Assembly (NCBI GenBank): GCA_003614675.1
Contig: ML002361.1
Location: 1 to 38,252 of the forward strand
DNA: 38,252 nt
From: Dimargaris cristalligena
Lineage: Eukaryota
Reading direction: 5' to 3'
Position numbers and translations under genes: made by a program. This document shows positions 11,361-22,548 of the stretch, one piece after another. The notes below the pieces were generated by a model. That model worked only from the letters and a program-made list of their open reading frames with translations. It was not told where the DNA came from and ran no database searches. Numbering within the stretch: the first letter of the stretch is position 1; the number at the start of each line of letters is the position of its first letter.

Positions 11361-11575
11361 CCCCGTTGGTGGACGGAAATCGTTTAATATATATCTAGAT
11401 TAGATTTCCCCGGTTGTATTTTTAGCTTTGAATACCTATAAAATCTTCATAGAGCGGCCAATCCCTGTGACGTGGGACTATCAGCTACACCTTATTTACT
11501 AATGTAGTCGTTTAGTAGTCATTTGTTTTACAAGAAAATAGGGCAACCGACCAGGGCCAAATTAGCGGAGCAGAG

Positions 11576-11960
11576 TTGGTCATCAGTCGTCACTTATTAG
11601 GAGGCATAGGGGGAAGCTGTAAAATTTATATTGGGGATACCTATGTGCAGGGAACACACCAAAGGGACATCTATATGATTGACAGTGCCAAGAGTGTCGG
11701 CCAAGAATTGATAAATAGGAAGACATCTGGATTCACGGTTAAAAAACTGGTGGAAGTGGATCTTCGAATGTTAGCTGGGAAAGCTGTTAATGGGATTTCC
11801 ATGGAAAAGGCGGTGCTATGGCATAATCACGTCTGATCGGGCGACGACTAAGGCAAGGGAGTCGGCTGGAATAGTGCTGACTATCCTGCGTTCTAGGACA
11901 ATCTGTCCTAATTCGAACTGAGGCACACCGAGGGAAGCTAGCCTGGGGGAATCCCGAGAA
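11576..11960 (+). mobile_element. Decayed Ty1/Copia fragment (pre-integrase / integrase N-terminus)
   Basis: In order: CKIY...VQG...DIYMI, LWHN(fs)RL, C*LSCVLGQS, SLGESR, against Copia G..LY.L, LWHxRLGH, CxxCxxGK, SLGGSRY. Contains stops and frameshifts. Confidence 0.5.
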
Positions 11961-12499
11961 TAAAGGAAAATCTATCAATTATTTTTACATCTACACTTCA
12001 TTCGAAGTCCTAAACATTTGAATATAAGTTATGCTATTATGTGGCAACTCCCCCCTTGACACCTTTTTAGATTGGGACCGAGATTACATCGACTGGAGGG
12101 TTCGTCCGCTAATTTTGTTTACTTGGGCATTGTTTCAATTCGACGGCTGCACCACGAATAGCGATGCGTTGGCCCAGTGCAATGGTATATCTGATATGGA
12201 TATGGTTAGCGGGACGACACACCGGCTGGTAAATTTCAGTAGTAAATTATAGCCCATCGATTAATATACTAGAGATCTGATGACGAGGCTTGGGTGCTGT
12301 TGGAGTGCTCGGCTACTGCCACCCGTACAGTGGCTTCAATAGGAGTCGCAGTTCCAGAATGTTGGCGACCATCTATAGGTATAGGCGTTGCATACCAAGG
12401 CAACCAATATGCCCCCCACGGGTGGTTCATTCCTTTGGGTCTGTGCCATGACCTCTAGACATCGTTTTTGGGAGGAAAAGTAGCAATGACCTTTACACC

Positions 12500-12690
12500 T
12501 TGTATACTCTGTTTCTAATACCAACAAAAGCTTTTTAGTTACCACAGTGCTACTTGAGTATGGAATACAGAGTCCGTTTTGAATGACGCTATTGTCACTA
12601 TGATTCTCACTGCGGTTGAAGGCTTGGAGCTGCATATTCATGAGAATAAAGACATCTGTAACTGCCACTGGCACTCAGTCGGACAAGTCA
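12500..12690 (-). mobile_element. Decayed Ty1/Copia reverse transcriptase fragment
   Basis: VRLSASGSYR..YSHEYAAP (from 12684), AVRIIVTIASFK (12613-12578) and a frameshifted LK-AFVGI-KQS (12538-12506), against Copia ARLVAKG, YxETFAP, IRxLLAIAA, LKKALYGLKQ. Confidence 0.5.
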
Positions 12691-12958
12691 TTGGAGAGCA
12701 GCTGAGCCAAACACCTGCGTTGTCCTGCATGTCCCGCCCCGTCTATCCCCTGGCTCTCAATAAGTCGGGGGTTTAGCGGCACGGGCTCTCATATATACCA
12801 CCACCATCCATTCCTTGACCGCCCTCACATAACCGTCCTTTTTTCTTGATTCCAGTCGTTTTCATATAGCTATTTTAAAGCCCCCAAGTCTGTATTTGTG
12901 GATATCGAGCTCCCATTTCACTACAAATATCGACTCCATCGAACAGCTTACGTCAAAT

Positions 12959-14873
12959 ATGCCTCGCAAGACCAAAACCAAGAGCAAGGCCCCTTCAACC
13001 AGTATACCCGACCCGCCGTCTAGCAAACCCAAGGGCCAAGGCCCGGCTTCCAAGAAATCTTTCAACGGGGGGTCGACTCAGCCCAATGCAAAGAGTAGTC
13101 GCCACCCAGTCCTTCACCCGGCGTACCCTTTGCACGAACATGGCTTACCCTCGGGCTTTCTCGAATTAGACGAAGACGAACAGTATCGTTTGTCCAAGTA
13201 TCTGGCCTTTACCCTCGATCCCAAGGCCTATTTCGTGATTCAGGAGTCGAGTAAGTACCGTTAGGATTTTCCCTTAATAATGTGACTTTATATTGGAAGG
13301 GCTGCAGCATATCGAACTGGATTCTTACAGGCCTCTGCTAAACCTCTGGACCACGGATGGGGGGCATCGTCTCTCATCGACAAGTTTATAGTCTAACCTT
13401 TTCCCCTTTCCTTGTTCGTCGGTTATTTTGGGGGACGACACTTCCTTTTACTACAACGCATTTCCCCGCAAAGTGGACCAATTTTCCGATGATATCGACG
13501 TGTCGGACGATTCCGACGATTTCCACTGCAACGACCAGGTGGAGTGGGGCGAAGATTGCGATTGTGGTTGGGAGTTCTGTGATGGGGATGGCCTAGGGTA
13601 CGACCCGGAAAATGATTATTACTACTATTTGCCCCGCGCCGATGGATTCGACGATTCTTACGATTCTCTATCAGCGAACCCCGCCACAAATCATGGCGCT
13701 GATATCAATTGTGGGATAGGGCCCGTCAATGACAGCATTGGTCAAAACGGCGAGGATGGGAAGAACGGCGAGGACGGGAAGAACGGCGAGGACGGGAAGA
13801 ACGGCGAGGATGGGAAGAACGGTAAAGATGGGAAAAACGGAAAGGGTGGTAAAGGTGGTAAGGGTGGTAAAGACGGTAAAGGCAGGAAAGATGGGAAGGA
13901 CGGTAAAGACGGGAAGGACGGTAAAGATGGGAAAAACGGAAAGGGTGGTAAGGGTGGTAAAGACGGGAAGGACGGGAAGGGTGGGAAAGACGGTAAAGAC
14001 GGAAAGGACGGGAAGAACGGTAAAGACGGGAAGGGCGAGAAGAACGGTGACGGGAAGAACGGCAAGAACGGCAGCGATTTAAAGGACCCCCACGCATTCT
14101 ACCAGCCTTCGGAAGACTGCGATTGTTTCTTCGAAGAATCGATGTACCATTACGACCACTGGCAACCAGCCGAATCCTCTGAGCACGCATCTGCTGACAG
14201 GAAACTGGCCTATCCTATTGGAGGTCTAACCGACCAGTTCGACGGACTCTCCTTATGCAGTGGCACCACTCCCCATACCGATGGCCACTATGACCTCGTG
14301 GACGATTATGTTCTGGACCCAATGTATTATGGCATACCATCGGTTTACGACAGCTGTTGGCCACGCTTCAGAGAGGATCGGCCCATGTCGCCCCACGAAC
14401 CATCGTTAAAACCGGGCAATAAATCACCGCCCGCACAGCCGCCGAAGCCAAAGAAAGCGAAGGGGAAGGTGAAGAAAAACGATCTTAATCCTTTTACCAG
14501 CGGGAATCCCAATATCAAATATGTCACTGTATACCCTGTGCCCAACACCGAGGGTAAGCCAACCCTAAACTCGACCAGCCAAACGCCCGCCGCTGCGGTT
14601 ACCCAAGCATCGACCTCTATGCCTAGCAGCACTTCGTCTGCCAGATATCGGACTGGAACGGTGGACTCTGGCTCTAAAATAGGAGGTGGTCGTTCGTCGT
14701 CCGGAGGCCGAGTTCCCATTGGTTCAAACCGATCCATTGACCAGACCAATGCCGGCTATCGTTTACTGAGCAAAATAGGGTGGACGGAAGGGACCGGGCT
14801 CGGTGCTCACAGGCAGGGTATCATCGAACCCGTGCCCGTCAGCAAATGGAGCCATCGCCGGGGCTTGGACTAA
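12959..14873 (+). CDS. G-patch protein with acidic/Tyr-rich region and collagen-like Gly-X-Y repeat; likely 2 exons (12959-13250, 13474-14873), ~563 aa
   Basis: Basic N-terminus MPRKTKTKSK; GTAAGT donor at 13251; first AG after the CTAAC at 13393 is 13472-13473 and is in frame. C-terminal IDQTNAGYRLLSKIGWTEGTGLGAHRQGIIEPV (~14736-14834) fits the G-patch consensus. Acceptor position is uncertain. Confidence 0.7.
13740..14072 (+). repeat. Coding 9/18-bp tandem repeat encoding (GKD/GKN/GKG/GED)n
   Basis: 16 Gly-X-Y triplets, one RKD interruption, 16 more triplets, then EKN-GD-GKN-GKN. Confidence 0.95.
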
Positions 14874-15439
14874 TATCCGACGGCCCTAGCTTCGATTTCG
14901 CCCATTTAATTCACCCGTTTTAAGCCTATAATTCGCGACAAATCGGACCTTTGCATATTAGTAGTTCGCTTTCAACATGGGCCATGCTTTTCACATCCCA
15001 AGGTATCTTTTACTTTAACTCCTACCCATCAATTACAAACATATTTATTACAAGATACCGATCAATTTCGTTTGTTTTCAGTACTTTTTTATACGCTATT
15101 ATTTATCACAGCAGGTAGTCACTAAAGGGTAATATCATAAGTTGGATAGGGGATGCACGTGAGATGTCGATCTAACCCCACAGGGCTTGTGACGTTTTAC
15201 GACCCTTGTCTAACGCACATAATATTACTGATGTGTCCCTTCGCGTCCCCTTAATTATCATTCGGCAGTTCGAGTCATCGCTGCTTTGCATTACTCCGGG
15301 TTACCCCAGCCTGACCACAACACGCCATAATCGTGTCTCACTTTCAGTAACTACATTAGCTTCTTATAAAAAGGGCGTCTTCGGTGCACGTCGAAAAAGA
15401 ACAATCAACACAGCTCCCAACACTCTACATCATCACCGT

Positions 15440-15700
15440 TTTAGTTCTTCTATTTATCTTCCTATTTGTACCTATTATTTTCTTATACCCTGAATAAACC
15501 TTCGTCTTAACACCAACATTGACGTTGGACAAACTGGGGTTATCTCTAAACGCTTATATCGTTACAGGGCTGGTATAGCACAGGGAGCACTCTGATGTAA
15601 AGTCGAATGAAGCAAACCTTTTGGGCTATGGCTACTCTAATACCTGGCCACAAAAAACTTGGTCATTAGCTACACTGCCCCTTGCGGATTTCTCCTGCCA
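15440..15700 (+). mobile_element. Decayed Ty1/Copia RT-RNase H junction fragment
   Basis: SIYLPICT (15449-15472), KRLYRYRAG (15548-15574), LLGYGYSNTW (15618-15647), QKTWSLATLPLADF, against Copia SLxYLxxTRPD, KRILRYLKG, LxGYSDADW, KQxxVALSTxEAEY. Confidence 0.4.
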
Positions 15701-16508
15701 CCATTTGCATGCAGCCCACCATTATGTTCCAGTCTCACTAAGTTGTCGGCTGTATTAACAATCTGGTTATTTGAGCCCATATTCATACAATTAAATTGTA
15801 GCAGGCATTTGGTACGTCTAGGCGTATGGTACCCCCCCCCCCCTATTACACAGTAAAAAAAAGTCGCTCTATATAATTCAATAAGCAATTTTAAAGCAAA
15901 TGGTCCTAAAATAACCAATTTATTGTGAGAGTAATAATATGAAATAATTTAAAAAACTTCAATTGCTGACTCAAACATAAAAATAGGCCCCTCATAAACG
16001 GCTACCAGGTTTATAAATAAATCGTTCTAAACGAGAAAGAGTACATTTTCTTTCAAGAACTACTCCCTGTTGATTTTCTAAAGTGCCTATTGTCGCCAAC
16101 TTTGATAAGAGTACAGGTACCTAAATTAAAGCGCCCTGAATAGCCCTATCGGACTCTTATACACTCACTAACCCTCACTAACCCATGCTACAGACAGATA
16201 ATACCGACCTATTGATAGATATTGCATTATGCAGAGCATGCGATCGAATTTGACATTTTGGAACCCGGGACATATTTACCAATATAACCCTTCGGTAATT
16301 ATAGAATTACTAGGGTTATTCTAGTGTAATTAAAAATATCCGTTATAGTTGAACCCCAATAAAAGGCAGATTTATAGTGTTGTGTGCCAATCGGAGTTAA
16401 ATGATGTAGAGTATAAACGGTTTATAATATAGTGATATTACAAAGAAACCACCCAGAACTATGGGGAGGCGGGGGCAGTTAGGTTTGAAAACAACCAATG
16501 AGAGCACA

Positions 16509-16700
16509 CCTTTCCATTCTATTAGTTATTACACTAACCCTTTTATTGGATGGAGAGGCAATTGCAGTATGATGGGTACCTAATGCCTGTGGGAGGGGGG
16601 TACTAAATGGCGGGGGGTACCGTGTGCCTGATACACTGGCACCAAAAGATATGATTGATGGACTATTTATTAAATGTGAAAAATTTATGTGAAACCAATG
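16509..16700 (-). mobile_element. Possible decayed LTR-retrotransposon integrase core
   Basis: PSIISFG...FST...ALGTHH...P.SN...MER loosely follows PxxIISDxG..F.S..LGIxH..P..NG..ER; the catalytic Asp is absent. Confidence 0.25.
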
Positions 16701-17078
16701 GCTCCAAGTACCTATTTTTAAATAAGGTATACTATGTTGTAAAATATTCCCCATATGTAATAGCCGAGCCGTTTTCCCTGCCATATATATTAAACGACAA
16801 CTCCCGAGATGTCAAAAGCTAGTTTGCTTTTCGTCTCTAAGCCACACCATCGCACTCACCGAGAGACCCACAACTTAATCCGAGGAATTGATAGAAAATT
16901 GTATTTATAAAACTCATCAATAACTATCTAACGAAGTAACCATCAAGGTGTGGTGTAAAAAATAAAAGTAAAAGTAAAAATAAAATACTACATAATTTTC
17001 AGCACTAAGTAAACTATGATGGATGGAAACTGGCTAGACTGTTGTCAGGGAACATTTTGATAGTGGTCAATTAGTGCA

Positions 17079-18338
17079 TTAACCGAAAATAGACTTTTTA
17101 ACGCTGCTAAAATAATCCGTCCAGGTTGAACCCTGGGACTGAGTAGATGGGTCGGAGTTCGAGTTATTTTGATTGGCTTCAATTTGAGAACGGGCTTCGC
17201 CACTAAACCAGCGCTGATAAAACGGTCTATCATCATAGACAAAAAATAAGTCTTCGTCTTCGTCCTCCATTTTCTTGGGAGTTGGCTGGTTACCCTGCTT
17301 GCCTTCAGTTGAGTCGGAGGAAGGAACCTCGACCTTTTCCGGGTATTCACCGAGGCCAACAGTGGGCTGGGGTGGACGAAGCTCGTCCATGGGGCCAGAC
17401 TCGTCGGAGTTGAATCCAGAATGATAGACAGGGCTATCCCGGGGACCCAAAGCCTCATTACCGGCTGTTGAACTACCGTCGAAAAAGGCACCAGCCGCCA
17501 AGTTAGGGCGGTATCTGCCCTGCGGGGGTATATAGTTAGAAAGGTCGGAGTTAGCTGGTTCCTCACCAATAGCCAATGAACGCTGGTCTTTTTCGGTATC
17601 ATGGTCCAGCCGGGCCTCTACGGGATTTCCCATGATTTCATTTTTCAACCCCGACTGGTTCATCGGTGGGGGTGGAGGAAATGAGGGTTCATTTGCTGAA
17701 GAGGAATATAGCACCGGGTCGGAAGAACCGCGCTGTTCGAAACTGCCGTGGCCAGTCTCGTTAGTGTCCGCCTCTGGGTTGTTGAAGGGTTTCAAAGGAT
17801 GGTCATCGACGGGGCCAAAAGAGGGGAGACTGGGCTTTTCCGAGGTCTCTCCATCGCCACTCACGAGAGTCTTTTCGTCCTGGCTTGCATTGTAAGAGTA
17901 TGCCTGACTAGCCTCCGAGGTGAAGGGGCTCGTCGAATAATTCGAGTATTCGTTCTCGTATCCGAGGCTGGACTCATGTTTCTGGAAATTTCTTCCATTA
18001 TCAGAAAAACCGGCTAGGTTTACATCCAAGTAACTGGACCGACCAAACTTGTCGTAGCTATTGCCATAGGTTGGGTTCGCCGGCACGTCGAAGGCATAGT
18101 TGTGAGATTGGGGGTCGTAATAATTCGGGGGGCTATTGTTGGTCGAGTACCCGAACTGTCCGTAATTGTCGTAGCTATTGCCGTAGGTTGGGTTCGCCGG
18201 CACGTCGAAGGCATAGTTGTGAGCCTGGGGGCCGTAATAATTCTGGAGGACTTTTCCAGAACCGGCCGGATAAGAGGGAGCAGCGTAAGTGACAGTAGCC
18301 ACCAGAGTAAACATGGATAGGGTCAACGGGACCTTCAT
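17079..18338 (-). CDS. Secreted, low-complexity (Y/N/S/P/E-rich) orphan protein, 419 aa, intronless
   Basis: First ATG at 18338 gives the signal peptide MKVPLTLSMFTLVATVTYA|AP; long open frame; no recognisable domain. Confidence 0.8.
   Translation of the reverse strand: MKVPLTLSMFTLVATVTYAAPSYPAGSGKVLQNYYGPQAHNYAFDVPANPTYGNSYDNYGQFGYSTNNSPPNYYDPQSHNYAFDVPANPTYGNSYDKFGRSSYLDVNLAGFSDNGRNFQKHESSLGYENEYSNYSTSPFTSEASQAYSYNASQDEKTLVSGDGETSEKPSLPSFGPVDDHPLKPFNNPEADTNETGHGSFEQRGSSDPVLYSSSANEPSFPPPPPMNQSGLKNEIMGNPVEARLDHDTEKDQRSLAIGEEPANSDLSNYIPPQGRYRPNLAAGAFFDGSSTAGNEALGPRDSPVYHSGFNSDESGPMDELRPPQPTVGLGEYPEKVEVPSSDSTEGKQGNQPTPKKMEDEDEDLFFVYDDRPFYQRWFSGEARSQIEANQNNSNSDPSTQSQGSTWTDYFSSVKKSIFG
18049..18242 (-). 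repeat. Internal duplication: two ~77-bp near-identical copies 117 bp apart (39-aa period)
   Basis: 18049-18125 and 18166-18242 encode NYY(G/D)PQ(A/S)HNYAFDVPANPTYGNSYD twice. Confidence 0.95.
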
Positions 18339-19384
18339 TTTCGCTAGAGTCGACACAGTTTCCTCACTGCAAATTAACGCGGTAATAACCAAACGGGCTT
18401 GTGGATTGAGTCCGTTAATAGGTGGTCGGACAGCTTAACCGAAAAAAAAAAGTGTCAGGAGGAACATAAAATGAGGGCCTGGCAGCTAGTTACCTGTAAA
18501 GAGAGATTGAAAAGTCAAGGGAATACTAGGGTACGAGGCTACTCTTGTAATAGCCAAAACAAGGGGGCGAAGTAAATAACGAAGCCGCAGGGGAGACGGG
18601 CTGAACGGCAGGAAAATGGGCGATATTAATAGGCAATGGGAGACCCGTTGGCGTGATATATGTAACGCTGCTTTGGGGGAACTGTCTAGGGGATGAGGTG
18701 CGGAAAAATATAGGTACATTGGCACTGTAGTTTAGAGGAGCGGCGAAATATCCATGTTGTGCCTATTGGCAGTGGCTTAATAATAGAAGGCGGAATATTC
18801 GCGGATGTATGGTCTTTTCTCCTGTGTTCACCTCCTTAGCTGACTAGTACAACGCTGGCCGAACCAATCGGCCTGAGCTTACCCGCATCCGAGAATAAGT
18901 AGGTGCGCACAAGAGAAACGGTAGAAGGAAATTGTACATAGGGGGACGGCACGAATAATATCTCATATCGGAAATATCCCAGATGGGGGGAAGAAAAGGG
19001 AGGTAGCCGGGCAATCCTCTCCGCAAAACAAGTTTGTCGCATTTTAAAAATCATGCATTGATACTAGTCCGTTTTACTCAATTACATAACTCCTGTAACC
19101 ACTCCCACTACAAGCAACGTATTGGTGCGTACGCCAGTCGTAGCCGTGTCAAATCGCGGCACAGTCCCGGAAAAGCCGGAACGACTAAACTGCCATTGTT
19201 GCTGGGAGCCTCTACCCTCAAAGCCACTTCTTCGATATCGTTGTATTTATATGTTCGTTTTTGAAAATTATCAAATGCCTTCGTCGGGCACCTCGCCCAG
19301 GAGGTTTGTGGGTCCGGCATTGAATTGTAACACTGGAACGCCCCATGGCAACTTCAAGGTCGCTATATAAGCATGTGTTAACTC

Positions 19385-19820
19385 AGCATCGACTATGCCT
19401 CTTTAAGCCTTTCATATCTTTATGCAATGGCTACTTTGCGTCCTCTAAGGCTTATACTACGGGACTATCGAACCTTTCACTTCCAAAGGGCTTAACATTA
19501 CTACCATATCCTCAATTAATCTCCTAAATACCACAATACTCAATTTCTTACTTGAACTACTTCAGGCCTACCAACTCCATTAACCCGCTAGGACAAGTAT
19601 ACAGTTGATTTCTTCAATCTGAACAAGTCATCAACGAGTATCCACCCCACCTCCTACGCCATTTAATAACTTATGCATACCATGTTAGTCGATATTAACA
19701 GTATAGCCGAACTGCCTGATTTTATGTGCTTGCCGGACTCATCCAACAGTTCCCTAGAGCACCCCTATCCGAACCCCAATTATTATAAATCCCATCCAGC
19801 GGCAAACTCTGTTTTCCTGG
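19385..19820 (+). mobile_element. Decayed Ty3/Gypsy reverse transcriptase fragment
   Basis: IDYASLS (19388), SLCNGYF (19417), KAYTTGL, LPKGLTLLP (19480), LLELLQAYQL(fs)INP, LIQQFPRAPL, LSEPQLL*IP. Same order as Gypsy IDYRxLN, DLxxGY, KTAFxTxxG, MPFGLxNAP, VLxxLxxxxLxLNxxKC, FIxxFxxxAPL, LxxxPVLxxP. No intact YxDD. Confidence 0.45.
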
Positions 19821-20679
19821 CAAGACAAATAAAATCATAACTATACAAGTCAATTTAAATGCGGTTTAAGAGGTTGCTCTCCCGCAGTGCCATGCCGCGA
19901 CTTAATCACGGTGGTAGTGTTTTCATGCTAAAGCAGCGCCAGGCTCCTAGAGTAATTATGATGGTCTTCTTAAAAACCACATATGCTATTTTCAAACGCG
20001 GGAATGAATCATTGCATTCTCCCGTTCTTTAACTAGATATTAGAATGCCGTTTATGTGGGTCGGCGTTTTATATAGTATGACCCTAGTATAAGGACGGTT
20101 TTGCCGAAACAGACATTGGAGTAAAGATCGGAGGCTGAGTTGGTATTGATAATAGAACAAACCCCCATCCTGTGGACAAGGCTTCGACATCCATTCTTGG
20201 GCGGGAAGCCAATGTACAGCCGGGGAAAATATAAGTAAAGGATATTTTTACGGCCTGCATTATTTGGAGATTCCCCCATAACATTGGGGAAATTTAATCA
20301 AATAAATGGCTCTAAGGTAAATCCACTCAGGTCGACAATCGCTGGGGATATATATATATAGCCAAGTCGATGGTTCGACTAGCTATGCATGGTCATTATG
20401 TTGAATGGTTCAGTAATCCAGCTAGTGAACAGCACCATGTTTATAATATATATAAAACGACTCAGTCCACTATCTATGCAGCCTGTTAATTCATAGCGGC
20501 AACCTGTATTCAAAATCGAATACTCGTCCAGGTCTACTATTGGACGGTTTGTGTAACCCGCTTGCTTCCATCCATCAGAGCCTAAACACCTTGCCTACCC
20601 TATTATTTAACTGGAAGGGGCATTTCGCATTGCCCCTTCCTATGTACCCCCCTCCCGTCGTCTCTCTGGATTATAGGAG

Positions 20680-21060
20680 ACCCCGAAATAGGTCGAGTGG
20701 TACACCAGCAGTGGCACTAAACAAATCTTGAGTTACTGGAGGGTTTTCCGGGCCAGCTGTTTCGGTATACTTTTGGCCTGGATATAGAGCCTGATGATTA
20801 TTTTTTGGTCGTGTATAAGCAGATGAGGAGATACAGCATGTTATGTATCTGAAATCCACTGATAGCGTTATTATGGTACCTACAATAGCTACAGGTAGCA
20901 GGTGGATTCTAGGACACACAAGGACTTGACTTAAATATGCGAGAGGTTCAACTGGATTGTATTACCAAAAATCCGTCGGATGAGACCAATAATACCGGTT
21001 AAATAGGAACTACTCGCCTATTTTTCCCTGCCAATATTGTGTAAACTCTTATACAGCCAG
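20680..21060 (-). mobile_element. Decayed Ty3/Gypsy integrase fragment
   Basis: LHNIGREK, NRYYWS (21000-20983), LLPVAI...TLSVDF (to 20851), SSAYTRPKNN (20826), SATAGVPLDLFRG, against H..GxEKT, RYYWP, LxPLP..ISMDF, SxAYHPQTNG, HSxTGxSPFxLxYG. Confidence 0.55.
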
Positions 21061-21488
21061 GCCGAATTTCACTTATATTATGGGTCTTGAGCACTTCCAG
21101 ACCAAGGCCAAGCTAGGACAACACCACTATTCTTTGCCTTAGAGCGGATAGATTAAAACGTCAGCCTATAGATGTAGGCATGAATAGCCACTAGAATAAC
21201 ATAATATCGAGATCTGGAAACAATATTATTACAGTGGGGGGAGGTCAGCAGGGGCAGTGGAAGTACGTATATTCGGTGGGTAGGCGACTTAAAATGAGGC
21301 CAAACTGGAGCGCTTAATCGGATGAGCAGATTGACGCGGGCAAAGTTGGATTGGCAGAGGTAAAATTTGAGACTGGGGAAAGTAAAGATGGTCCCGATTG
21401 GGGCGTGGGGGCCCCTTTTGGTTGGGCAAACATAGGAGGGACCATGGGGGAGGAAGGGTGGTTGAAATCCCGTGGTGGGAACTTTACT

Positions 21489-21680
21489 GGACACTGTAGC
21501 TTTGGTTACTCGTATTTACTTATGGCTGCCATCCAATGGCCTAGTTCATCAATAGCGCAATTTTGTAACAAAATTATCCATGTTTTTATAGCTTTGACGC
21601 GTGATTTGGTCCTACCTACAGCATGGGATCCCCCAATTGAGCCAGTGCAAATTTGGCCTGAAATATACCTTTTCGACTAC
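21489..21680 (+). mobile_element. Second decayed Ty3/Gypsy integrase N-terminal fragment
   Basis: GH...QWP...IAQFC...PIEPVQIWPEIYLFDY keeps roughly the spacing of GHxG..YWP..DI..F..C..PxPxxPWxxIxMDF. Confidence 0.35.
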
Positions 21681-22548
21681 AGTCACTTCCGGTTTAGCGA
21701 ATTAGTATGTGATCAATATAACTCGACTAGAGAGCCCTGTTTCGCACGTCATTTGAGAGAGACAGAGAGGTGGTACTATGGAGATCCTTTGGACATAGTA
21801 ATCCCAAGTGCTAGTCATAAGCGACTAGTTTAACATAATTAGTTCAATCCACGATATCCATAACTCTCTGACGGGTATTGTTGGGTTATTTCATAGTGGT
21901 TGGGGTGATGTCTTTAGGAAAGTCTGTGGTTGGACGGGAGATTGATATTATAACTGTGTTGGTATTTACATAAATATTCTTACTATGGTGTACATAAGTA
22001 TGGCCTTTCCGATTCTACACTATATCAACTCACCACTCGGTAACACAGCCCTCTAAGCGATACTTCCCGTTGCACAGGAAAACCCTCCGAATAACTAGGA
22101 AGTCCTATTGGGTGATTAGTAAACTGATTGAATGGCACCGCCGCCCAGTTGTACTAATTTATGCGGCCCCGCTGGTCAGTGGGCTTGGATAAAAAAATTA
22201 GGGCGTTCATTGTCACACTCTAAGCGACCTTTTCCTACGCTATATATTATGACTACTGTATGTGTGTTACATTAGCCTGGCCGCGGTTGTACTTCGTTGA
22301 AAACGATGGGTAGAATACTACACCCTCCATCCCCACCAATCGTAGTGGTTATACTACGCAAACTATTTAGAAGAGGCATCAACCCCACTAAAATATATTT
22401 ACCTTTTATAAGGGCAACGCCCCTCCTACACGTGCTTTCATCGCTAGCTCATCGGCCGCCAGCCTTGTGTCAACCATTTTGGGATTATTAACCTCTTTTC
22501 ACACACTGTCTTATCCCCCTCCCATAGCTTCGATTTTTCTTTAATATA

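Noticed and set aside
13726-14190. Repetitive ORFs (PFFPS, TARTGR, RPSRL) in other frames
   Set aside because: Frame and strand shadows of the GKD coding repeat.
16166-16184. CACTAACCCT-CACTAACCC telomere-like repeat
   Set aside because: Only two units with 10-bp period; too short for an interstitial telomere.
18049-18242. Direct repeats with a spacer as a possible CRISPR array or LTR pair
   Set aside because: Only two copies, in-frame period of 117 bp, inside a eukaryotic CDS, no cas genes.
20671-20919. 82-aa ORF with hydrophobic N-terminus as a small secreted protein
   Set aside because: Non-ATG start; better explained as a Gypsy integrase relic (SVDF, SSAY motifs).
21351-21833. 160-aa + strand ORF as a host gene
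   Set aside because: TTG start, no splice or family support; partly explained by an integrase relic.
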